Part shown: positions 38,394 through 46,310 of the stretch, piece after piece | Numbering within the stretch: position 1 is the first letter of the stretch | Layout: the number at the start of each line of letters is the position of its first letter | Origin: an uncultured Erysipelotrichaceae bacterium | GTDB taxonomy: Bacteria; Bacillota_I; Bacilli_A; RFN20; CAG-826 | Assembly: GCA_900314865.1 (NCBI GenBank) | Contig: OMWW01000002.1 | Coordinates: 66,136-130,135, forward strand | Direction of reading: 5' to 3' | DNA length: 64,000 bases | Made by a program: the position numbers and the translations under genes | Notes under the pieces: model-generated | Told to the model about the DNA's origin: nothing | Seen by the model: the letters and a program-made list of their open reading frames with translations, nothing else | Databases searched by the model: none

Positions 38394-39824
38394 TTAATCT
38401 TGGTAGTGTTTTATCGCATCATAGATGGTCTTTTCTTTTGATTCATGACCATATTTATCGACGTCTAATTTATTTCTCACTTCGTGGGTCAAAGAGCACG
38501 GTCCTCCAATGCATCCAGTAAGACATCCCATACCTTCAATGAAGTTAAAGTCAACAGTGCCAGTTTTAGCTTTCATAAGTGCTAAACGACAATTATCTAA
38601 ACCATCAACTGAGATTGGTTTAACTTCAAATGAACTTCCTTGTTCTTTAAGAGCTTCTTTAACTGCATCGGTAAGTCCGCCGCTACGAGCGAAGATTCTG
38701 CCATAGTATGAAGCATTATCTAGTGGCGATTCTTCTAAAGAAGCAAAATCAATTTCTTTAGCATCGATCATCGCTTGAAGTTCTTCAAATGTTAAAGCAA
38801 CATCAACATATGGAGCGACTCTTTCATCTTTGATTTCTTGTTTCTTAGAAATACATGGTCCAATAAACATAATCTTACAATTTGGATTATGCTCTTTGAT
38901 CCATTTCGCAATGGTTGCCATAGGCGATAAATTATGAGAAATCTTATCTGCTAAAGTTGGGAAATATTTCTTAATGAAAGTTACGAATGTTGGACAGCAA
39001 CTAGAAGTTAAGAATCCTTTTTCTTCGAGTTCTTTAGCCTCAGCGTAGCTAACCATATCTGCTCCTAAAGCAGCTTCAATTACACTTCGATAGCCAAGTT
39101 TTTGAATAGCGGTCACAACTTGTCCTAAGGTAACACCTTTAAATTGTGATGAGATTGAAGGAGCGACAATCGCATAGACCGGATATTTATTTGAATAATC
39201 AGAATCTTTCAAAATATCGATTGCATCTTTGATGAAACTTTTATCCATGATTGCACCAAATGGGCATTGATAGACGCAAGCTCCACATTGGACACACTTT
39301 TCATCATCGATTTTGGCAGAGTGATCGTCATTTGTAGAAATAGCTTTAACCTTACAAGCTTGTTCACATGGTCTAAGATAGTTTTGAATCGCGTTATATT
39401 GACATGCTTTCGCACACATTCCGCAGTTGATACATTTAGTTTTATCGATGATTGCAGTTCTATTTACTTCGTCAAATCTAATCGCATCTTTACGACAAGC
39501 TTTTTGACAACGATGGGCAATGCAACCGCGACATCTATTCGTGACTTCATATCCACCTAAAGGACATTCATCACAAGCAATCTTGACGACTTCAACAATA
39601 TTTTTAATATTCTTATTGCCGCCTAAAGCTAATTTCATTCTTTCTAAAACGATAGCTCTTTCTTTATAAATACAGCATCTCATCGTGGATTTTGGTCCCG
39701 GTGATATTCTTAAAGGAATCTCGTTATATTCTTCTAAAAGAGTATCATTAAATAATCCTCTAGCGATTTCTTTGAGAATCTTATACTTGAGTTCTTGAAC
39801 ACTTGTATCAAATCTTGTATCCAT
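38394..39824 (-). CDS. hydA: [FeFe] hydrogenase catalytic subunit with N-terminal ferredoxin-like [4Fe-4S] domains.
   Basis: H-cluster motifs L1 (TSSCCP), L2 (GPCISKKQE) and L3 (EGMGCLTGCIGGP), plus three CxxCxxCxxxCP clusters at the N-terminus. Confidence 0.8.
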   Translation of the reverse strand: MDTRFDTSVQELKYKILKEIARGLFNDTLLEEYNEIPLRISPGPKSTMRCCIYKERAIVLERMKLALGGNKNIKNIVEVVKIACDECPLGGYEVTNRCRGCIAHRCQKACRKDAIRFDEVNRTAIIDKTKCINCGMCAKACQYNAIQNYLRPCEQACKVKAISTNDDHSAKIDDEKCVQCGACVYQCPFGAIMDKSFIKDAIDILKDSDYSNKYPVYAIVAPSISSQFKGVTLGQVVTAIQKLGYRSVIEAALGADMVSYAEAKELEEKGFLTSSCCPTFVTFIKKYFPTLADKISHNLSPMATIAKWIKEHNPNCKIMFIGPCISKKQEIKDERVAPYVDVALTFEELQAMIDAKEIDFASLEESPLDNASYYGRIFARSGGLTDAVKEALKEQGSSFEVKPISVDGLDNCRLALMKAKTGTVDFNFIEGMGCLTGCIGGPCSLTHEVRNKLDVDKYGHESKEKTIYDAIKHYQD

Positions 39825-39836
39825 AGTATCTGCTCC

Positions 39837-41015
39837 TTAAAAGTAAGTTACTTTGACGTTTTTACCCATCAATTTTAGCTTTTTAGCTAATTTGTCAATT
39901 AAATGCATTTTGGTCGTAAAGTTGATGCCGGTATCTTCTCCTTGATGAGCGTTGTTAATCGCGCAGCCTACAAAGAAATTAATATCGGTAGCTTGTTCAA
40001 ATAAACATTTAGCAATTTGACTCGCTCCATCGATCTTATAAAACCAGGTGACGAACAAGTCGTTTTGTTTTAAATAGTTATCAGCATATTCTAAAACTTT
40101 ATTAATCGTAATGATCCCTTCGGTAACTAAATCAACTCCTTCGATTGAAGCAGTTGGAGGTACTTCTTTATCTAAATATTCAGTTTGTAAAACCAAAGGT
40201 TGATTTAAATATCTAGAAACGAGATTACCAGTTGTTCCTCCTGAGACGATATGAATACCTTCTTTAGCAAAAAATAATGAAAGTATTTCTTCATCATCCT
40301 CTTTGTTAGTTGGAGGACCAATTAATAAATTAACTTGTTGTCTTTCTCTGATTCTTACCACTGCGACAGTGGTGTCATCACCTGGTCGGCCATTATATAG
40401 TTCATTACATTGACTTGCTAATAGAGTGGCTAACGCCTTAGAAGAATAGTCATTTCTATAGAAAATAGACATAAACTCTTTAATCTGAGGCATATCCCAT
40501 CCAAAATTCAATGTTTCACCCACTCCTGCATATTTAACACCATCGCTCATTAAGATAAATGTGTCATATAATGAGGCTTCAATTTTCGCATGATAAATAG
40601 TCTTACCATCGATAACCATTGATGAATAAGATAAATCCATTACTTTGCCATTGCGAATCATAAATGGTTCGGGATTATCAAAGTTATAAATATCAACATA
40701 TTTGTTGTCTTGAATTTTGATGATAGTGAAAGTTGAATAAGCAACTTTTCTCACTTTACATACTGGCAATGTATTAGCGATACATCTAATGCATTCCTTG
40801 ATGGAAATATCTCCTGCAATCATTGAGGAAAGCATCTTGCTAGTGAGAGTGGATAAAATATTGGCTTTCACTCCACTACCAAGACCATCCGCCAAAACCA
40901 AAATCTTTGTTGATTCATCTTTAGAAGTGACTTCTACATGGTCACCACAAAGCTCTTCACCAAAATGATTAAAGGAAAGATATCCAATTTCCGTCATGTA
41001 ACGATTATTTATCAT
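39837..41015 (-). CDS. PP2C-type (SpoIIE/RsbU-like) serine phosphatase.
   Basis: LADGLGSG and MSDGV metal-binding motifs. It sits between hydS and hydA, as in group C sensory hydrogenase loci. Confidence 0.65.
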   Translation of the reverse strand: MINNRYMTEIGYLSFNHFGEELCGDHVEVTSKDESTKILVLADGLGSGVKANILSTLTSKMLSSMIAGDISIKECIRCIANTLPVCKVRKVAYSTFTIIKIQDNKYVDIYNFDNPEPFMIRNGKVMDLSYSSMVIDGKTIYHAKIEASLYDTFILMSDGVKYAGVGETLNFGWDMPQIKEFMSIFYRNDYSSKALATLLASQCNELYNGRPGDDTTVAVVRIRERQQVNLLIGPPTNKEDDEEILSLFFAKEGIHIVSGGTTGNLVSRYLNQPLVLQTEYLDKEVPPTASIEGVDLVTEGIITINKVLEYADNYLKQNDLFVTWFYKIDGASQIAKCLFEQATDINFFVGCAINNAHQGEDTGINFTTKMHLIDKLAKKLKLMGKNVKVTYF

Positions 41016-42684
41016 CTTTAATTGTGTCCTTTAATGAAGTTAAGGCGACCTTTGTCTCCGCGGTAGTCTCACCTAAAAGTGAAGCGATTTCTTGTACCGC
41101 TCTCATATTCTTTTCGACAACTTTATCGGTGATTTCGAGAGATTTTCTCACAACCTCTTCATGTTTTTGTCTACTGAGTTCTTCGTTAGTAATGTCTTTC
41201 ATAATTGAAAGAAGAACATGGAATTTTTCATCATAGACAATCGTATTTTCAATGTATTTGTTATATTCACTTAAATATGATTTGCGGCGGAAAACCATCT
41301 CCCCACCTAAGGCGTTACAGAAAACGGTAGGATCTAAAATTGAGGAAACGTTTTTATGAATAACAATACTTGGCTTTTCAATATTGATGATACGGCACAT
41401 CGTTTTGTTTAATGATTGAATATTGAGTGATTCATCGAGCACTAAAATGCCATTTGGTGAATTGCTGACTATGTTATCAGAGAACGATTCTGCTTTTTCC
41501 ATCAAATAGGGAAGGCACATTTCTAAAGCGGCCTTGCCTTGAATGATGGCAATAGCTTTTTCTCGACATGTATCATATCCACAAGAACCACAGTTAAGAA
41601 TCTTTGATTTTTCGGTCTTACCCATCTCGATGAGTTTGGCTTCGATTTCTTCTTCACTTGGTGTGGCTTCTTTAGCACCGATTGAATAATAGTTTTTAGA
41701 AATATCTTTGTAACCAATCTTACCTTCAGTGAAATCTAGATCACCTGCACTCTTATTGATATCAATGTAGCTAGCGATAACGCTCTTTTCTTTATTGGAA
41801 ACTGGGCCATTGATGCAGCTACCTTCACAGCTGGACATTTCGATGAAACATTTATGAATCTTACCAGCTAAGATATCTTCAATGACTCGACGTGAATTCT
41901 CAACTCCATCGACTGCTAAATATTGATAATCTTTGTTGGAGCATTCCATCGTACGAAGAATGCCACCAGTGGTTGGGAATAGGCGGGCTTTACTTTCTTT
42001 CTTTTTCCAATCATATTTGACTTCCTTAAGGGTGATATTCTCACTCTTGAGCCAGTCTTCTAATTCTTTAAAAGTTAAGGCTACATCAATGATATCAAAA
42101 TTTAAATCTGCTTCATTCTTTTTAGCGATACATGGTCCAACAAAGACAACCTTTGCTTCTGGATCACGGCTTTTAATATCTTTTCCATGCGCGAGCATAG
42201 GCGAAAGAATATTTGCCAAATATTTTCGAGCTTCTGGATAATGCTTTTGAATTAGTAAATTGATTGAATGACAGCAAGAAGAGATGATAACGTCTCGATC
42301 CTTTTCTTGAAGCATTTCATCGTAGGCTTTTTTAACGATGGTCGCGCCAATCGCGGTTTCTTCAACTGCATAGAAGCCTAATTTCTTTAAAGCATTTACA
42401 ATCTCATCCATTGAAGTGTATGAGAAATAGCTGATGAAGCTTGGAGCTAAAGAAACATATACTTTCTTATTGTTCTTGAAAAGATTCTTAACAACATCAA
42501 CATCATTACGAATCACTTTAACTTCTTGAGGACACACTAAAAAGCAACGTCCACATAAAATACAACTATCTTGAATAATCTGAGCTTTATTTGAGGCGAA
42601 AGAAATCGATTTAATCGGGCAGTGACGAATGCATTTATAACAGTTCTTACAGTTTGTTGTTTTACTTTGTAAACAGTATTCCAT
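41005..42684 (-). CDS. hydS: Sensory [FeFe] hydrogenase HydS (group C) with a C-terminal PAS domain.
   Basis: N-terminal [4Fe-4S] motifs and degenerate H-cluster motifs (ISSCCHS, VGPCIAKK, EMSSCEGSCINGP), plus an extra CGSCGYDTC cluster and a PAS-like C-terminal ~120 aa. Confidence 0.75.
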   Translation of the reverse strand: MEYCLQSKTTNCKNCYKCIRHCPIKSISFASNKAQIIQDSCILCGRCFLVCPQEVKVIRNDVDVVKNLFKNNKKVYVSLAPSFISYFSYTSMDEIVNALKKLGFYAVEETAIGATIVKKAYDEMLQEKDRDVIISSCCHSINLLIQKHYPEARKYLANILSPMLAHGKDIKSRDPEAKVVFVGPCIAKKNEADLNFDIIDVALTFKELEDWLKSENITLKEVKYDWKKKESKARLFPTTGGILRTMECSNKDYQYLAVDGVENSRRVIEDILAGKIHKCFIEMSSCEGSCINGPVSNKEKSVIASYIDINKSAGDLDFTEGKIGYKDISKNYYSIGAKEATPSEEEIEAKLIEMGKTEKSKILNCGSCGYDTCREKAIAIIQGKAALEMCLPYLMEKAESFSDNIVSNSPNGILVLDESLNIQSLNKTMCRIINIEKPSIVIHKNVSSILDPTVFCNALGGEMVFRRKSYLSEYNKYIENTIVYDEKFHVLLSIMKDITNEELSRQKHEEVVRKSLEITDKVVEKNMRAVQEIASLLGETTAETKVALTSLKDTIKDDK

Positions 42685-42686
42685 AG

Positions 42687-42950
42687 TTAGCCCTCAACAC
42701 GAGAAAGAACATATTTTTCAAAGACATCATCAAAATTCTTTGGAGTGACACCAGTGATGATTTCATCATCAACTTGAATAGATACACCAGCGATACCGCA
42801 CTTGCCTAAACAGAAAGTACCTTTTAAAACAACTTTGTCTTCGAGTTTTTCTTTAGCAAGTCTCGCTTTGAATAATTCGATGATTTCATAGCTTCCTTTT
42901 AAGTGGCATGAAGAGCCAACACATACAAGAACTGTCATATTACACCTCAA
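42687..42950 (-). CDS. Thioredoxin-like [2Fe-2S] ferredoxin (HydC/NuoE-like small subunit).
   Basis: VLVCVGSSCHLKGS...CLGKCGIAG has the four Cys of the thioredoxin-like 2Fe-2S fold. SD GAGGTG. Confidence 0.65.
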   Translation of the reverse strand: MRCNMTVLVCVGSSCHLKGSYEIIELFKARLAKEKLEDKVVLKGTFCLGKCGIAGVSIQVDDEIITGVTPKNFDDVFEKYVLSRVEG

Positions 42951-43126
42951 GATTTTGTAACAAAATCAATATATCAATAGTCTACTAAAAATATCGATTA
43001 TCTTCCATAACAAATATTGAACATTAGAAAACAAAAAATCGTCAATATAATGACGATTTAATGTTAAAAGGGGGCTTATTCGCCAACCGGTTTCAAAGCC
43101 CCCATTAAATCTTATTGATTAATATG

Positions 43127-43822
43127 TTAACAATCCCAAGTTACAGTTATGCTGTCAAGAAATAAAGCGCAATATCCGCCACCAGAAACAACCGCTGTAC
43201 TAAAAATTTTAATTTCGAATAAAGCATATCTAATCACATGATTTTGATCTGGCTTTGTCCATGTATGAGTGTAGTGATGATCATTTATGACAGTGTTGCT
43301 GGAAAATTCCCCTTGTTGATAGAGTTCGTCTTCACTAATAGGATTATTTATACATTTATTAACATCATAATCTTCGCCAAAAAACCTAACTGTCGCACTA
43401 TAACTGGTACTATTTTGATTGTCAGCGCCTGGAAGCAAATGGAACGAGAATGAGAATGATTGCAAGTTATTGACACCAACTGCAAACGTAGTTTTTAAGT
43501 CATGGGAGTTGTCATTGACTGGATAATCGGTCCAATAGAAACAATCGTTTTGAACACCAAATCCATGTTGATTACCCCAGGTTACGGTATTTGTTCTTGC
43601 AGAAATTGCACTACGATTCACGGTAGGAGCAATAGTTTTTTCGTCGTCTATGTCGCTGCTCCAATAGGTATTTCCCACACCCTGATCAAATGTAAAACTC
43701 TTTTCGCTTGCTAACACTTTATTGAATGAAGGTAATACTTTACCTGTTTGAGTTGTAATGATTGTCAATGCTGTTAATGTTGCTGCCGTTATAGACGCTA
43801 ATAATAATCCTTTATTTTTCAT
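43127..43822 (-). CDS. Secreted protein of unknown function.
   Basis: Signal peptide MKNKGLLLASITAATLTALT. Its promoter carries the tandem TGTG repeat motif. Confidence 0.55.
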   Translation of the reverse strand: MKNKGLLLASITAATLTALTIITTQTGKVLPSFNKVLASEKSFTFDQGVGNTYWSSDIDDEKTIAPTVNRSAISARTNTVTWGNQHGFGVQNDCFYWTDYPVNDNSHDLKTTFAVGVNNLQSFSFSFHLLPGADNQNSTSYSATVRFFGEDYDVNKCINNPISEDELYQQGEFSSNTVINDHHYTHTWTKPDQNHVIRYALFEIKIFSTAVVSGGGYCALFLDSITVTWDC

Positions 43823-43861
43823 ATTTTCGCACCCTCAAAATGCTTATAGATATTATCATTT

Positions 43862-43883
43862 TTGTGTAACAAAAGCACCACAA
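43862..43883 (-). promoter_or_regulatory. Tandem direct-repeat promoter motif (TGTGGTGC-TTT-TGTTACAC-N8-TAATAT).
   Basis: Same spacing and architecture as the motifs at 33947 and 36384. Confidence 0.4.
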
Positions 43884-43977
43884 AACTAAAAATCGCTGAA
43901 AATATTTGATAGTGTCTATAAATATTAATATATTGACTAAATTTTGCTTTCCCCGAAAAGAGCCTCCGCCAACTGTC

Positions 43978-44850
43978 TCACTGATACAGAGAATTAATAA
44001 TCCAGTTCTTAATAAACTCTTTTTCTTCTTCGGTGTGCATATAGTGTTCCGCACCTTGTTTTATCGTTAATTTAGAGTTTGGGTGTTTAGCAAGAAAATC
44101 AGCGATGTTTTCAATATAAATAACATTGTCTCTTTCTCCATATAGAATTTCGGTTGGAACTGTCCAATTATCAGGATGATTTTCTAAGCTTTTGTAAAAG
44201 TTGTAAGAAATCGATGTCTTATCATCTATTTTAATCACTCTTTCTTGTTTGAGTGTTTCTAGGTATATGTCTTTTGACATCATAATTCCAATAATTAATT
44301 GATGCATGTCTGCAACTGGAGAAATAAAGAATGCTTGTTTGATGTTGAAATTGCTTAAATATTCATAAGCATAAAAAGCACCAATGGAGTTAGCAATTAC
44401 TATGATCTCTTTATAATTCTTTGTGATTTTTTCAAACTCGTTTATTATCGTGTCTTTTAATTCCCAAGGATTCCCATCTTCATAATCGAGCCCAACAACA
44501 TCATATTCATCTTTTAAATAAGAGTAGTCTTTGGCTTCTTCAGCAGATCCATATAACCCATGAATATACACCGCTACTTTCTTAGTTTTTCTTTGCTCCA
44601 TTCTCCAATCGTCTAATTGTTTATCAATCCTTTCAACTTCAAAAAGTTCATTAGCGTCTAACATGTATGTTCTTAAAAGAAGAAGAATCTTCTCATAAGT
44701 CATATCAGCGTCGCCTTTCTCAATATGAGAAATAACTGATTTCCCAGAGTACCCTAAAGATTCCGCCAATTCATCTTGAGTTAGTTTTCTTTTTTTTCGA
44801 AATTGTTTGATTTTTGGTCCAATAGTTTCTTTAGACATATGTATATTCAC
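43978..44850 (-). CDS. XRE-family HTH domain fused to an alpha/beta-hydrolase domain.
   Basis: The N-terminus (IKQFRKKRKLTQDELAESLGYSGKSVISHIEKG) is an HTH_3 domain. The C-terminal ~200 aa has an esterase-like nucleophile elbow (IANSIGAFYAYEY) and an alpha/beta-hydrolase layout. Confidence 0.55.
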   Translation of the reverse strand: MNIHMSKETIGPKIKQFRKKRKLTQDELAESLGYSGKSVISHIEKGDADMTYEKILLLLRTYMLDANELFEVERIDKQLDDWRMEQRKTKKVAVYIHGLYGSAEEAKDYSYLKDEYDVVGLDYEDGNPWELKDTIINEFEKITKNYKEIIVIANSIGAFYAYEYLSNFNIKQAFFISPVADMHQLIIGIMMSKDIYLETLKQERVIKIDDKTSISYNFYKSLENHPDNWTVPTEILYGERDNVIYIENIADFLAKHPNSKLTIKQGAEHYMHTEEEKEFIKNWIINSLYQ

Positions 44851-45151
44851 TTTTCATGAGAATTTGCTATAATAAATTTGCAAGAACGGAAGCCCATTGA
44901 ACTACTGCTGCAAATCAAGTGTTAAATGGCTTCTTTTTTATTTGAAGATTAAGATCAGCAAACAAAGCAACAAGCAGAGAACTATTAGAGAAATCACTTT
45001 CTTTAAAGGTTCCATGGCATTACCCCCCTTTCTATATTTCTATAGTTCAAGAGGCGTATCCGTTCCGAGTTTTAATGACTTTTCTTTGTCTTAATTATCA
45101 TATCAAAAAAGTTGTTAATTTTACAACTGATATATAAAAGGATTTATATAG

Positions 45152-45182
45152 AAAAAGCCGCCCTTCATGGACGACTTATTGT
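45152..45182 (-). terminator. Intrinsic terminator.
   Basis: AAAAAGCCGCCCTTCATGGACGACTTATT, a hairpin-family member. Confidence 0.5.
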
Positions 45183-45255
45183 CAAATGCATTGAATAGTT
45201 TTTCGAAAAAAGAAAGAGCTGTATATTTAACAGCCCAATTAGTAATTGAATTATA

Positions 45256-46125
45256 TTACTCAACAAATCTACCAGCGAAGTCGACCAATCCTAATGATTC
45301 GTGATATCTATTGTAGACCCAGTCATATCTCGCCATTCTATCAAGAGAGGTTTCTTCGGGTGTAACGTCGTCGTCATTTTCAACTCCATCAGTACGTTTG
45401 AAGTACTCTTTGACATCAGCACCAGGAATTGAATTATATGTGGTTATTGTATATTCCCAAGAATCTTTAAGTTCGTTTTTGTTGGTGTCGCTTCCTTTAC
45501 TACTATCATGACAAACAGAATAATCATTCCATTGAGCACTATTAGCGCACCATTTAGCAATACGGGTGAAAGCTTCATACTTACCAAAAGAAGCATCGTT
45601 GTTTTCATTTTCATCTTTTGATTCTTGAATTGTAACTCTATTAACACCAGAACTGTTAACAGTAACGTTAATAGTTTTATTTAAGATGTTGGACAATGTC
45701 TCATCAGCTTGTCCACCTTTGGAACGGTAAACAACGACATTTGTCCAATAATTACTATCTGTATAGCCACTTGGAACTGCTACTTCCAAAACATATTTAT
45801 CATTTGGAACAATTTGCTCAAGGTGAGCCCAAGCTTTTTCTTCGTTATTGTTGAAGAAACACGCCCATGTTTCTGTGTTTTTTTGCACGCCTGCATCTTC
45901 ATATGTGTACCACCAATTTTTGACATTGATGAGGTTTACATAAAATGCATTACCTGCTATAGCAGCGCCTTCATGAATAGTAATTGTGTTATCCACTCTT
46001 GTATAAGCTTTTGCTTGATATGCTAGTTTTAATTCGATATTACCATTTGTTGTAGCGGCCAAACCAATAACCACGCCACAGGATAATATAGAAGTGATAC
46101 CAGCGATTAATAAACTCTTTTTCAT
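45256..46125 (-). CDS. Lipoprotein of unknown function.
   Basis: MKKSLLIAGITSILSCG lipobox. Canonical TTGACA-N17-TAACAT promoter upstream. Confidence 0.6.
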   Translation of the reverse strand: MKKSLLIAGITSILSCGVVIGLAATTNGNIELKLAYQAKAYTRVDNTITIHEGAAIAGNAFYVNLINVKNWWYTYEDAGVQKNTETWACFFNNNEEKAWAHLEQIVPNDKYVLEVAVPSGYTDSNYWTNVVVYRSKGGQADETLSNILNKTINVTVNSSGVNRVTIQESKDENENNDASFGKYEAFTRIAKWCANSAQWNDYSVCHDSSKGSDTNKNELKDSWEYTITTYNSIPGADVKEYFKRTDGVENDDDVTPEETSLDRMARYDWVYNRYHESLGLVDFAGRFVE

Positions 46126-46310
46126 AGTTTTACAATTTCCTTTCTTAGTTTTTCATATACATTCAGTGAATGTAGAATCACCAAGGAAAAATGTTACGCT
46201 TACGTACGCGAGTTGTCAAACAAAAAAGCCGCCCTTTGAAGGGTGTCCATTTCCTAATGTCTAGGATTTGGGGCACCTTTCAGACAGACCGCCCAGACAT
46301 CACAAAAAAA

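Noticed and set aside
42951-43126. Palindrome AATCGTCAATATAATGACGATTT upstream of the hydrogenase operon, as a possible operator.
   Set aside because: It could equally be a small bidirectional terminator. There is no second occurrence or associated regulator to support an operator call.
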